Of a DNA stretch of 64,000 nt, positions 28,160 through 41,962 are shown one piece after another. The position numbers and the translations under genes are program-made. The notes below the pieces were generated by a model. The model searched no databases. It was not told where the DNA came from and worked only from the letters and a program-made list of their open reading frames with translations. Source of the stretch: Chrysomallon squamiferum. Its lineage: Eukaryota > Animalia > Mollusca. Numbering within the stretch: the stretch's first letter is position 1; each line of letters opens with the position of its first letter. The stretch is from NCBI GenBank assembly GCA_012295275.1, contig CM022675.1, positions 12,462,001 to 12,526,000 of the forward strand, written 5' to 3'.

Positions 28160-28745
28160 TGAAAATATTTACTTATTCATGTCTTTAAGCTGATAATTAA
28201 GTTTAAAATAAATAGATTTTTTTTTTTAACTTGATATTTTAAAGATGTTTTGAATTATAAATTTATTTACTTATTCATGACTTTAGTTAGATCATTAAGT
28301 CTATAGAAACAGATTTTTTTGTTCTTAACTGTTAATATTTTAAAAATAAAGGTGAATGTCCTAAATATAGTATTAATCAAATGATGTCTGAAGTTAATAA
28401 TATATTTTTTCTTTTCATAATTATTCATATATTTAAGGTAGTTTTCTATGTTAAATATTTTTGCCTGTTCATGAATTTAGATTGATAATTATGTAGAAAC
28501 ATTTGTTTCTCAACTGTTAATATTTTGAAAATAGGTTTAGGCTTAAATTTAGTTATTCATGTCTTTAAGTTGATAATCAAATCTGCATAAATAGGTTTTT
28601 ACTTAATTATTAATATTTTTTAGATGTTTATTCATATTTATATATTTATCTATTGATGTTTGAAACCAGTTCATCTTTCCACATTGGTAGGTTGATAAAA
28701 ACACACAGATTAACTTTATCTTCTTAACTGTTCATATTTTTAGCG
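28160..28745. repeat. Decayed tandem repeat, about 90-100 bp unit
   Basis: Recurring ttattcatgtctttaagttgataat...ttcttaactgttaatatttt. Confidence 0.7.
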
Positions 28746-29339
28746 TAGGTTACTATATTTTGCCTTGTAGTATTTTTTTAATAACACCCTGGAACTAATT
28801 TAATAAATAAGCAATCAATAGCAATTTGCTTTATGAAATTAACTTACCCTTTATCAAGACGGTTCATTATGTAAGCAGACTGATGAATTCACAGTTTGAT
28901 ATGCGATGAAAACATGTCACTGGATAGACAGGAAACTTTGGTAAGCAGAGACTGTTATATATTAAGTTATGATAAACTGGAGATAGCTGACATGTGTTTT
29001 ATGTTAACTACAAAAAGAAACAAATTCTCACACTATCTTTTTCTTCATCTGTTATTAATGCATGTTTGTGACGTCAATTTTACAGCGAAATTAAAACTTA
29101 CTAAGAATGCTTTAATGTAGGCAGAAAACATCTGATTGTGATTTTCATTCACCTTCAACTCTGCCAAGTAAAAAAGTACATCGTTACGAGGTGTGCTACT
29201 CGCATTAAAAAGCAGAAAAGCAAAGTGTGGATAAGTGGGATATTCATAGATGTGTGAAAAAAAAATTAAAACAAAGAAAATCAACAAAAAGATGAGTCCT
29301 AATTGTATTTTTGTTATTATTATTGTTATTATTACTTTT

Positions 29340-29820
29340 TTCCAGTAAAACAGTAAATTAATGTTTTGTTTGGAATTTTTCTTACTTTTTTTGATATATA
29401 CTACTGTTAAGTATAATAGTATTCTAGGATTTGTTCAGAATATTTCATTTTAAATTACAGAAGCTAAAGCTTTGTTAATAATAAAATATATATTTAGTAA
29501 AACAGTAATTTAAGATTTTGTTCAGAACTTTTCTTGACTTAAGTACAGAGATTAACACACATGAAAATTTTGAAATATGTAATTGTTAAGTTAAAATAAT
29601 AATTTAAGGTTTTGTTTGGAGTATTTTGTATTTTAAATACAGTTTAAAAACTTTGTTAATAATAAAGTTCTTAAATATGTAATTGATTAGTAAAACAGTA
29701 ATTTAAAATTTTGTTTGGAATATTTTGTATTTTAATAGCAGAGGCTAAATCTTTGTTAATAATAAAGTTTTGTAACTTTTGTAACAGTAATTTTATTGGG
29801 GTTTTTTTATGGAATATTTT
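29340..29820. repeat. Decayed tandem repeat
   Basis: Recurring agtaaaacagtaatttaa...ttttgtttggaatatttt...ctttgttaataataaa. Confidence 0.75.
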
Positions 29821-29915
29821 AAATAATTGTAGATATCAAGACATAAACTTATGATTTTTAACATTAAAAATGTAAAAACAGATTTCTACAAAAATAAACT
29901 ATGGGTTAGTGATTA

Positions 29916-31010
29916 AAATACAAAGAAGTGATAAAACCTGTATTAAAACACACTGAAGGTTGGTAAGTGATAAAACCTGTATTAAAACACTCTGAAGGTT
30001 GGTAAGTGATAAAACCTGTATTAAAACACACTGAAGGTTGGTAACTGAAATACAAAGAAGTGATAAAACTTGTATTAAAACACACTGAAGGTTGGTAACT
30101 GAAATACAAAGAAGTGATAAAACCTGTATTAAAACACTCTGAAGGTTGGTAAGTGATAAAACCTGTATTAAAACACTCTGAAGGTTGGTAAGTAATAAAA
30201 CCTGTATTAAAACACTCTGAAGGTTGGTAACTGAAATACAAAGAAGTGATAAAACCTGTATTAAAACACACTGAAGGTTGGTAAGTGATAAAACCTGTAT
30301 TAAAACACTCTGAAGGTTGGTAAGTGATAAAACCTGTATTAAAACACTCTGAAGGTTGGTAAGTGATAAAACCTGTATTAAAACACACTGAAGGTTGGTA
30401 ACTGAAATACAAAAGTGATATAAAACTTGTATTGAAACACTCTGAAAGGTTGGAAAACTAATATAAAGAAGTGATAAAACCTGTAAAATTAAAACACTCA
30501 GAAGGTTTGCTAAATACAAAAATGATAAAACCTGTATTGAAAAACACTCAGAAGGTTGCTGGTAACTGAAATATAAAGAAATAAAACCTGTATTGAAACA
30601 CTCTGAAGGTTGCTAACTGAAATGCAAAGAAGTGATAAAACCTGTATTAAAAACACTCTGAAGGTTGGTAAAACTTGTATTAAGAACATATTGATAAAAC
30701 CTGTATTAAAACACTCTGAAGGTTGGTAAGTAATAAAACCTGTATTAAAACACTCTGAAGGTTGGTAAGTAATAAAACCTGTATTGAAACACTCTGAAGG
30801 TTGCTAAGTGATAAAACTTGTATTGAAACACTCTGAAGGTTGCTAAGTGATAAAACTTGTATTAAAACACTCAGAAGGTTGCTAACTGAAATACAAAGAA
30901 GTGATAAAACCTGTATTAAGGTTGCTAAAATAAAACTGAAAGAAGGTTGCTAACTGATATAAAGAAATAAAACCTGTATTAAAACACTCTGAAGGTTGCT
31001 AACTGAAATG
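29916..31010. repeat. Minisatellite, 39-bp core with an optional 15-bp module (39/54-bp units)
   Basis: Core gtgataaaacctgtattaaaacac(t/a)ctgaaggttggtaa with or without ctgaaatacaaagaa; homogeneous to about 30410, more degenerate beyond. Both unit sizes are multiples of 3, explaining ORFs 29899-30519 and 29906-30412. Confidence 0.97.
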
Positions 31011-31301
31011 CAGACGAGTAAAAGCAAGCTGACGTGTGGCTGAAATGAAAGCTGACTGTTAGGATGCTGCCAATGTCAGCGATGCTGTCAATGGAAAGGC
31101 TTTTAAGATAACATTCCTACACATAGCCCAGTGTCGCGCTTACCATTTCTCCTCATCAGTCTGTTAATTGTTTTCCTCTCTGCCAGTAATCAAAGAACGA
31201 AGAGTCTGTATTGTTTGTGTCCAAGTTATGTAACATCTTCTTTCTGAAACCTAGCCAAAACAGATATACGCATGTTTACGTACAGGAACCTTGGTAGATT
31301 T

Positions 31302-31333
<32 letters not shown>

Positions 31334-31564
31334 GGTGGGTATTTGTGGTTCTGTAGGTGTGTCTTGTTATGTGTCTGTGTATGTATGTGTATCTGTTGGT
31401 GTGTATATATATGAATATTTGTTGTGAATGTTTTGTAAGAGCTAAACAGTTATATAGATAGAATATGTTTGAATATATAAACGTATGGTATTTTAGATAA
31501 TTAAATAGATATGTCTGTGTGTATATATGTATGTGTGAATGTGTGTATATGTGTTTGTGTGAGG

Positions 31565-31607
<43 letters not shown>

Positions 31608-32187
31608 TATGTGTGTATGAGGTAAACCATTATCTAGATACATAGGTAAGTGAGTATATTACGTATACACCAAGTAAACATCATATAAATATAAATGTGT
31701 TTATGTATGAAGTAAACCAGAGATATATACATGTTTGGAGTAAACTGTTATCAGATGTGTGTAGATTGACTGAATTCTTCTGCAAACAACAAGCTCAAAG
31801 TCAGAACAGTGTTATTGTGTGGTAATGAAATCACATTTGTGGAGGAAATGAGGGAGAAATGTATGTACAGAACACATCATACCTGTCACTAGAACCTCCT
31901 TTTTTATACCACAATCTGTTTCTTGTTTGTAAATTAAATTTTTAATATTTTTTATAACTGTTTACATGGTGTTGCTCTGACTCTATTTACTTCATAAAGA
32001 TTCTGAAACTCAAGTTTACAAGCTGAGCATCTTTGGGACCAACACTGATACAAATATTAATTTGCTTGCTTTAGGAACATTTTATATTCTGTTCAGCTAA
32101 ACTGGATACTGTACATGTTAGGCATGGGGAATATTTTCACTGTAACATGATTTAATAATGTCTAAGAACAAGCCGCTGATCTGCAAT

Positions 32188-32201
32188 GTTGCCATGGTGA
32201 T
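32188..32201. promoter_or_regulatory. RFX X-box-like motif
   Basis: GTTGCCATGGTGAT: perfect left half, variant right half. Confidence 0.45.
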
Positions 32202-32273
32202 GACCACGATGCTCTCTTAGCAGCTGACCAGTAGTACCGAGTAGTGGGGCTCTTAGTCAGAATGGGAATTTAC

Positions 32274-32322
32274 TTGGTTTGGGACTTTCCATGATCTGGA
32301 TGTCGACTCTGTGTACTTCAAC
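32274..32322 (-). other. Weak candidate antisense exon
   Basis: Minus strand ttttattattttatacag|GTTGAAG...CCAA|gtaaat; good acceptor, weak donor; two frames open across it, no recognisable product. Confidence 0.2.
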
Positions 32323-32329
32323 CTGTATA

Positions 32330-32975
32330 AAATAATAAAATTTATTTAATAAAGCTTGAGAGGATAACATCAAATAATAAAGTTTATTTAGTCAAGTTTG
32401 TGAAGGTAATATCAAATAATAAAATTTATTTAATAAAGGTTAATTTGTCACTCATATGTTTGGTCAATTTCATTTAATAAAATTTTGAAGTTTGCTTCAG
32501 ATAATAAATTTTATTAAATAAACATATCTTAATTGGTTTTTTTCTCATGAAAATTTGCTTCTTTATGATCATTTATATGATTTGAGATTAATAAAGTCAA
32601 TTTAATAATAAAAAAATATATATATATATATCAACTAATCTAATAATGACTGTGAAAACGGGATCAGATAACAAAGTTCATTTAATAAAGCATGGGATTT
32701 AACAATCAGATATCTTAAGTTCATCTAACATAGAAGATAAGGTTTATATTAAACAATAAAGTTCATTTAATAAAGGATAGGAGTCAGCAATGAGAGATCA
32801 CTATTCATTTAGCACAGAAAATGAGATTTAAATATAACAATAAAGTTTATTTAATAAAGTATCAGAGTTAACATCAGATGTCATTATTACGTTTACCTGA
32901 CATAGAAAATGAGATTCACATTAAACAATAAAGTTCATTTAATAAAGTATGGAGCTAACAATCTAATAATGAAGT
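32330..32975. repeat. Decayed tandem repeat
   Basis: About ten recurrences of aataaagtt(c/t)atttaataaag. Confidence 0.8.
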
Positions 32976-33418
32976 CTGAACACATATGGTGACATCATGT
33001 TAACAAACACTGACAGATTCTACATATGGCAGTTTCTCGTTTTTCCTCATCACACAAAAATATTTTTCTTTGATACTGTTCCATCTACAATGCTGTGTCT
33101 TTGATCACATAACACCAACCACAACATCATTTGCAGAGGAAAGTTGGGTTGTATGACAAATATATTTTGAGTGGTGTCTTGGTTTTCTGTTCCCAGAAGC
33201 AATGAAAGAATCGTATTTTGTGAAAGAGCTACAGAAAGACAGATTGTATGACATGCTTATTTTGGCAACCTTGTTGATGCATTTTGTTAAAACAGATGTT
33301 ATTATTAACAAGTATTAACAATATCAATGCATATTACAATATTCTTATTACTGCAACATTTTTATTATTTTATTTACATACACACATATATACATACATA
33401 CATACATACATACATACA

Positions 33419-33451
<33 letters not shown>

Positions 33452-33914
33452 GTATATATATAATACATACACACCCATATATATGTGCATATACACATTC
33501 ATATACATATACATATTATTTATATAGTTACATAGTTATTATCAAGCATTAACAACAGCTGGAATTTTTATTTCATTGAAATTTCATGTTTGTTTTTTTT
33601 AACACAGTACAAGATTTGATTCTGTATGTCAGAGATGAACCAGATAATAATATTTACAGTTGTGTGAATTCTTTATGATTTATTACTTGAGATCTCAAAG
33701 TTCAGAAATATTATCATTAAGCACATACTTGGACATGCCTGGTGAAAATATCTTTATTGAAATTGTTGCAAAAGTTACATAACTTGAACTTTTTGCACTG
33801 CTTTTCACTGGAGCCTGATACAAGCAGTCAGAGGTAATTTTAATTGTTTCCTTACTTTAGAGAGCTTTTTCAAGGAGAGATAATTTATAAGGCTGTAGTC
33901 AAGATTTTAAACAG

Positions 33915-33949
<35 letters not shown>

Positions 33950-34117
33950 TTCAAGCTTATTTCTATATATATATGGATACCAATGTGTGTTTTTTAAAAC
34001 AAATAATAACTGTTAACAAAAAAAGACAAAGAACTTAACTGATTAATTATATTTTTATTAATAATAATAATAATTAATAATAATAGTAATAGTAATAATA
34101 ACAATAATGATAATGAT

Positions 34118-34149
<32 letters not shown>

Positions 34150-34735
34150 AAGTAGTAGTAGTAATAATAATAATAATATAAAAATAAAAACTGAAATGAT
34201 TTCATCATTAAAAAACAAAAAAAAACACTTAAAACCCCCCAAAAAGCAATAATCAGCTCAAATTTCTTGATTTCAAGGATGTTTACAAAAATGGCAAAAT
34301 TTTACCTGAGCAACGAATTCACCTTTTAGACTTGTACATTTTTACCTGTTCCCCACTCTCGTGTTACAATGCACTTCTCTCACAGGGGGTGTTGATATTT
34401 GTAATGAAATGCAATCCTCCATGTTTGTTTTTGAGAAATTCTGCTTGAAACCTGTAACATGTTTATCGCACTAAAATAAATTGTTATAACAGATTTTTGA
34501 ACTTTCTGTTTTGCTAGTGACGTGCTTGTTCTTGGCATGCAAGCATGTTAAAATTTCTAATATCGACCACGCAAACAAACACACACACACGTGTAAAATT
34601 GTATCTGTGAAAATGCATGACTTCGTGCAGATCTCAAAACTGATTTTTACACATCATTCTACATGTGAACTGGTTTCTAATTGTAAAGAATATTTTGTAA
34701 TAGAAATGTTATATTTTTGTGATTTATTTATGTAT

Positions 34736-34747
34736 TTATTATTATTA

Positions 34748-34784
<37 letters not shown>

Positions 34785-34941
34785 CATTATTATTGTTATT
34801 ATTATTATTGTTATTGTTATTATTATTATTAATGTTATTTTTAATATTATCATTATTATTATTATTATTGTTGTTATTATTATTAATATTATTGTTATTG
34901 TTATTATTATTTGTATTAATTTATTATTATTATTATTATTA
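34736..34941. repeat. (ATT)n microsatellite
   Basis: Explains poly-Leu ORF 34511-35047. Confidence 0.95.
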
Positions 34942-35782
34942 TTTAAAAGTGAGGGAAAAGGAAATTAAAAAAATAAGAGAAAATAATCTTTTAAAAAACA
35001 AGTTTTTACTTATGAGCAGTTGTAATTGTTATTGTAAACATTTTTAATTTTTGTCTATTTTATTTATTATTATTATTTTTTATTGTTAAAATGAGTGAAA
35101 ATAGAAAAGCAGGTTTCGGGTGAACAAGTTTTTAAGTACAAAAGATTCTAATTTGTATTGGTTCTTTTTCAAGAAAAAAAAAGAAAAAAAGAAAAATAAG
35201 AAAAACACCAAGAAACAAAAAATTGAGTACTCAACCAGTTTTTGTAAATGTTACACAAATACCTGTATTTACACAGTAATGTGTGTGAAACATTACAGAA
35301 GATTTAAAAATATAATAAAAATAAAAACTGCTTGAACTTATGTCTTACAAATCTGTGAATTTATCAGTATTGTCTGTTATGATTGTTTTACCAACCACTC
35401 TGTAATGAAGTGGAAACTGTACTGGATTTACATGGTCTAGGAGTTTTAAAAAATATATAAAAACAAGGAGAGAAAAATAAAAGCTTATTGAATAAGCCTG
35501 TGGATTCAAATGCCATATGTCAGACAATGATACGTGTATTATAAGTTTACGTCAGGTTTTTACGTCATTCATTTTGTTTTTTATTAATGATGTAGTTTAA
35601 TGTTAATACTGAATTGTACAGGTGAATATAGTATGTAAATAAATAAATAAATAAATATATAAGTAAATGAATAAAAAATTAAATGTATGACTGAATGAAT
35701 GAATTGAACATCAGATGCAGTTATAAAAATTAATAAATGACAAGAAAAATATTTGTAAAGTAAATAATCACAATAATAATGG

Positions 35783-35920
35783 TGATGAGAAGAAGAATGA
35801 AAAAGATAATAATGAAATTGACGATGAAAATGATGATGAGAAGAAGAATGAAAAAGATAATAATGAAATTGGTAATGAAAATGATAATAGTAATAATGAT
35901 AATGATAAAATAATAATGGC

Positions 35921-35961
<41 letters not shown>
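35783..35961. repeat. Short tandem duplication plus (AAT)n
   Basis: tgatgagaagaagaatgaaaaagataataatgaaattg occurs twice, then AAT repeats. Confidence 0.9.
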
Positions 35962-35964
<3 letters not shown>

Positions 35965-37355
35965 AATGTCAATGATAATGATACTAATATAATTCTGAGT
36001 TCTGTTGAAGTGTGTGAATTCTCTGATAGTAAAAAGTGAGTATTGTTGTGAGTAGTGACTATCATCACTCAATTCACTAACTTTCTGTTACTCTCACAAC
36101 AAAATTCCTCATCATTCTGCAGCCATATAAACAACAAATAAACAACAAATATCAGAGCAGAAACTTGACAGAAAAACAGTCATTATAAAAGTGTAAAGAA
36201 TGACAGAAAAAACAACTCACTAATTATTCAAAACAGATGTTTGAAAAGTTGTTTTCCTTTATTAATGAATCTTAACACATTCATTTTCTATAACTGGTTA
36301 TTAGATGTCAAACAGAAACATTTTGAGAGATTTTTTGAAATTTGGTGAAGAGTAAAAGATATCTCACTGCTAATATAAATATCTATTAAGATAAGAATCA
36401 AACCCAAAGAGAGAAACACTTCACATAATAGTTTCCAATAACAACTGTGTTACTGATCTTTTACCAGTGAGGAAGAATAGCAACTAAGACTGAGTAAGTC
36501 ATTGCAAACGTGCTTTATCTCCCAGTCTGTCAGGACTTTTTTCACACCTCAACGATAACACGAGAAGAAATGAAAAAAATAGACAAATGGCAGCCTCCAT
36601 GATATTTCACACATATTTTAATTAAATTGAAAATATTTAGCAGCTGATGTATGTGACAGAACAAACTAGTTCACACATAGCTTGAAGACTCTGAACACTG
36701 ACAGAGAGGTTAAATATTACTGCACAAAACTTTGTCATTTTAAAAAGAAATACAGACAAGCCCTCGGGTTGTTCAACAGACAGAAAATTGTTTGTTATGG
36801 GAATTTGGCAACAGATGGAGATAAAAACAGCTGATTGTAAGACGGGCTTTGTACTGGAACAGAATGTGCAGTGTTTGTGCATTCACAGAAAACGATGAAG
36901 GGAATATGTACATGAAAATATTCTGCACATATGTTTGTGTGTATGTGTCAGTGTGTATGTGTAAGTGTGTATGTGTATGTGAGTGTGGGTGAGTGTTTGT
37001 GTGTGTGTGTTTGTTTGTGTGTGTGTGTATGTACAACAATAGGGGAATCAAAATAACAATCATGATGATGATGATAAAATAACAATGATATTAAGAGTAC
37101 AACAACAACAACAACATAATTATAATTAAAAATAAAATCTTACATATCAGCACTGTTCATTCATCAGTATAATATGGATTACTTCCCTTCTCTTCCAGAT
37201 ACAGTACAAATTTAAATTTGACAAGAATCATTCATGAAATTTTATTTCTCAGGAAAAAAAATATTAAAAATTAAAAGTTGTTTCTACATTATTATTTTAT
37301 TCTTCAAAATGGCACCCAAAGGGAAATAATTGCATGTAACACCTACAAACGTCTG

Positions 37356-39233
37356 GTGTTAATACTGACTGTTAGTTCAGGTAGGAGAGTGAAAGTGTTA
37401 ATACTGACTGTTAGTTCAAGTAGGAGAGTGATGGTGTTACTGTTAGTTCAGGTAGGAGAGTGAAGGTGTTAATACTGACTGTTAGTTCAGGTAGGAGAGT
37501 GAAGGTGTTAATACTGACTGTTAGTTCAGGTAGGAGAGTGAAGGTGTTAATACTGACTGTTAGTTCAGGTAGGAGAGTGAAAGTGTTAATACTGACTGCT
37601 AGTTCAGGTAGGAGAGTGAAAGTGTTAATACTGACTGCTAGTTCAAATAGGAGAGTGAAGGTGTTAATACTGACTGTTAGTTCAGGTAGGAGAGTGAAGG
37701 TGTTAATACTGACTGCTTGTTCAGGTAGGAGAGTGAAGGTGTTAATACTGACTGCTAGTTCAGGTAGGAGAGTGAAGGTGTTACTGTTAGTTCAGGTAGG
37801 AGAGTGAAGGTGTTAATACTGACTGTTAGTTCAGGTAGGAGAGTGAAGGTGTTAATACTGACTGCTAGTTCAGGTAGGAGAGTGAAGGTGTTACTGTTAG
37901 TTCAGGTAGGAGAGTGAAGGTGTTACTGTTAGTTCAGGTAGGAGAGTGAAAGTGTTAATACTGACTGTTAGTTCAGGTAGGAGAGTGAAAGTGTTAATAC
38001 TGACTGCTAGTTCAGGTAGGAGAGTGAAGGTGTTAATACTGACTGTTAGTTCAGGTAGGAGAGTGAAGGTGTTACTGTTAGTTCAGGTAGGAGAGTGAAG
38101 GTGTTAATACTGACTGCTTGTTCAGGTAGGAGAGTGAAGGTGTTAATACTGACTGCTTGTTCAGGTAGGAGAGTGAAGGTGTTACTGTTAGTTCAGGTAG
38201 GAGAGTGAAGGTGTTAATACTGACTGTTAGTTCAGGTAGGAGAGTGAAGGTGTTAATACTGACTGCTAGTTCAGGTAGGAGAGTGAAGGTGTTACTGTTA
38301 GTTCAGGTAGGAGAGTGAAGGTGTTACTGTTAGTTCAGGTAGGAGAGTGAAGGTGTTAATACTGACTGTTAGTTCAGGTAGGAGAGTGAAGGTGTTAATA
38401 CTGACTGTTAGTTCAGGTAGGAGAGTGAAGGTGTTACTGTTAGTTCAGGTAGGAGAGTGAAGGTGTTAATACTGACTGTTAGTTCAGGTAGGAGAGTGAA
38501 GGTGTTAATACTGACTGCTAGTTCAGGTAGGAGAGTGAAGGTGTTACTGTTAGTTCAGGTAGGAGAGTGAAGGTGTTACTGTTAGTTCAGGTAGGAGAGT
38601 GAAGGTGTTAATACTGACTGTTAGTTCAGGTAGGAGAGTGAAGGTGTTAATACTGACTGCTAGTTCAGGTAGGAGAGTGAAGGTGTTAATACTGACTGTT
38701 AGTTCAGGTAGGAGAGTGAAGGTGTTAATACTGACTGCTAGTTCAGGTAGGAGAGTGAAGGTGTTACTGTTAGTTCAGGTAGGAGAGTGAAGGTGTTAAT
38801 ACTGACTTAGTTCAGGTAGGAGAGTGAAAGTGTTAATACTGACTGGTAGTTCAGGTAGGAGAGTGAAGGTGTTAATACTGACTGTTAGTTCAGGTAGGAG
38901 AGTGAAGGTGTTACTGTTAGTTCAGGTAGGAGAGTGAAGGTGTTAATACTGACTGTTAGTTCAGGTAGGAGAGTGAAGGTGTTACTGTTAGTTCAGGTAG
39001 GAGAGTGAAGGTGTTACTGTTAGTTCAGGTAGGAGAGTGAAAGTGTTAATACTGACTGGTAGTTCAGGTAGGAGAGTGAAAGTGTTAATACTGACTGTTA
39101 GTTCAGGTAGGAGAGTGAAAGTGTTAATACTGACTGCTAGTTCAGGTAGGAGAGTGAAGGTGTTACTGTTAGTTCAGGTAGGAGAGTGAAGGTGTTAATA
39201 CTGACTGTTAGTTCAGGTAGGAGAGTGAAGGTG
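37356..39233. repeat. Large minisatellite, 39-bp unit with interspersed 32-bp deletion variant, about 50 copies
   Basis: Long unit gtgttaatactgactg(t/c)tagttcaggtaggagagtgaa(g/a); short unit lacks aatactg. Confidence 0.98.
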
Positions 39234-39506
39234 GGTTACAGTGTATACATAAAAATTCACATCACAAATGTATATTAAATAAGGCTGGTTTAGGTGTCTG
39301 TTGTTAACACATTCTACTCTGGCTGGTTTAGTTTGGTCAGTCACTGGGTGTGTAAGTACAAAGTTCAGCATCTCTCTAAACAACTTGTCATTGTTCTGTA
39401 GATTTCAGGGGTGGGCCTTAGAGGGGCGTGTTCTTGAACCACCCTCATTTCTGTTATTAGTACTGTTGTTTTTATTAGTTTCATTATTTATTATTGTTAT
39501 TATTAC

Positions 39507-39537
<31 letters not shown>

Positions 39538-39781
39538 CTGTTACTAATTGTATTATTTCATTATTATTATTATTATCATTACTATTGTTATTACAACAAC
39601 AAATACTACTACTACTACTAGTACTACTACTATTGCCACTATTAGTGCTATTATTACTACTACAGCTGCCTCTCTACTATCATTACTAACACTGTTATAA
39701 GAAATGAAGGGAATGTATATGTATGTATATATAGAAAGTGAAAGAAGGGTTTTGTATGTGTGTTGTTTTATCTGTCAGAAC

Positions 39782-39850
39782 TCCTTCATTCTTCAGTCTC
39801 TGCCTCTGTCTCCTTCATTCTTCAGTCTCTGCCTCTGTCTGCTTCATTCT
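39782..39850. repeat. Short tandem duplication, 29-bp unit
   Basis: ccttcattcttcagtctctgcctctgtct twice plus a partial copy. Confidence 0.9.
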
Positions 39851-39967
39851 ATAAATATTTTATTTCTAAAACTGTTAAAAGATTTGCTTTTGTCTTGTAA
39901 AAAAAAAGATATCATTAGATATGAAAAAAAGAAACAAGATATTTACAAATACAAATATATAAACAAA

Positions 39968-39998
<31 letters not shown>

Positions 39999-41243
39999 AA
40001 TAAAATGACAAATTTTAATAAATGAACAAAAGTAAAATTAAGAACATAATAATTAATGTATTAAGTGAGTAAATTAAATATTACAGGATAGAAAGATAAA
40101 AAGTTGTTAAGAAAATGACAGAAAATGGGAGAGATCATTTCACAAGAGCACATTTTATTTTATTTTATTTTATTTATTTATTAATTTCAGTCTGATGATT
40201 TATATCTAGAGCAAGAGAATTATTTGAGTTTATTCATGTAATTGTCACACGATGTGACATGTGTGTGCTTCACTTACAATGGCTGACATGAAGAATTTTC
40301 AAAACTTGTATTGATATTTCAACATGTGGCATATCTTCTTTTGTTCACACCTCGGTGCTGAATATCTTGAGAAAGTCACAGATGTCAATATTGTGCTGTA
40401 AATAAAGAAGTTATTGCACCTTTGCAAGTCACTGTTAACTGAATATGTGTTGTCTTATGTGTCAGTAAATAAAAACTTTACAAAATTAAACAATCAAGGG
40501 TCGATTAATGTAACAACTTAAAATTTTCATGTCAAATTTAGGTAAACAAAGTCATTGAAATGTTTAAATGCTCTTAACACAACAACTTGCAAACTTCAAA
40601 TATTATTTAAGTAAATAAAAACATGATATTAATATGTAAAAAAAACAATCTGTTTTCATTATATAGTTAGGTAAACAAAAACATTATAGTATTAAGTACC
40701 CAGTTATAATATAAGAAATTTGAATTTTCATTACATATTTAAGTAGATGAAGATGATATGTTCTTTTCTGTATACACACTTTTCAGTATGTATTTAGATA
40801 AATAAAATTATTACAACATTAAATTAATTATTGTATGCATGTGAGGTGTGTGTGTGTATCTGTATTTGTGTATCTGTATCTGTGTGTATATCTGTATATG
40901 TATATGTCGGTTTATGTGATTATCTTTGAGTGTGTATCTGTATATCTGTGTTTGTATATGTGTGTATATGTCAGTTTCTGTATGTATCTTTGTATATTTG
41001 TGTATATTATCCTTCATGTTGTTTTAAATTAAAAACCAACCACACATTAACAGATACATTTGTAATTTCAGTTGTGGACTAACAAACATTAAGCACACAT
41101 TAATAAAAAATAAAACTACTGCACTAATGGTGTGATACACTCAGGTTACTAACTAGAAAACTCTGGTATGTGATCATCATGTAAAAAACATCAAAGATGG
41201 TCACATAATGGAAATGTTTTGGTGTCGTCTTCTCTGGATAACA

Positions 41244-41372
41244 ATGTAACTGTATCACAGCCTGGTGGTACATTCTGTGTAACAGTATCACCCTGGGCTG
41301 GTACACTATTTGTAACAGTATCACCCTGGGCTGGTACACTATTTGTAACAGTATCACATCTATGTGGTACAT
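41244..41372. repeat. Minisatellite, 33-bp unit, about 4 copies
   Basis: Unit tgtaacagtatcaccctgggctggtacactatt; outer copies diverged. Confidence 0.92.
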
Positions 41373-41914
41373 CAATGTGAAACATTTTCTGTGAGATTAA
41401 TTTTGCGTCGTTAATGTCCTCATTTGTCGATAATTCTGCCAATTGCAAAATTCAGAATAACCGGTAACGACATCACACATGCTTTCACGTAACAAGAAAA
41501 AACTGATGGATTCTGGGAATGCCTCTCTGCGACAGATTTCTTTACTGGCTGATGAAGGTAATTTCTCCTCAATCGAGTCCCTGACTAAATATGGACGTGT
41601 CTTGCTAACATACTTCAATGTGTAACATTTGTTACTACCAGGTTTCTGATCTGTTGTTAGGAAACTGATCTCTGATAGCTAATGTAACAAGATCAATCCT
41701 TAAAAGCATGCATTGTTATTTCCCAGTCCAAAAAGTGCTTCGTAGTTTGTCAAAGATTCTCTGCTTTTTTTCTGTTTGTGAGAAGGTACAGAAAAAAGAT
41801 TTCTGTGCTGCTAATTAAAAAATGAAGTGAGTTAAACTGTTCATCAGAATTAACCAAAAGTCTTTTCTATATAGTGCTAGATGTTCTTGAATATTTCAGT
41901 ATTATTATCATCAC

Positions 41915-41962
<48 letters not shown>

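Noticed and set aside
29899-30519. Leu-rich repetitive ORFs resembling LRR proteins
   Set aside because: Arise from 39/54-bp units that are multiples of 3; the nucleotide repeat is near-identical with no synonymous-site pattern.
36468-36493. Splice-bounded 26-nt segment (cttttaccag|...|gtaagt)
   Set aside because: Stops in all three frames and it adjoins a possible SINE relic; it shows that good-looking splice pairs arise by chance here.
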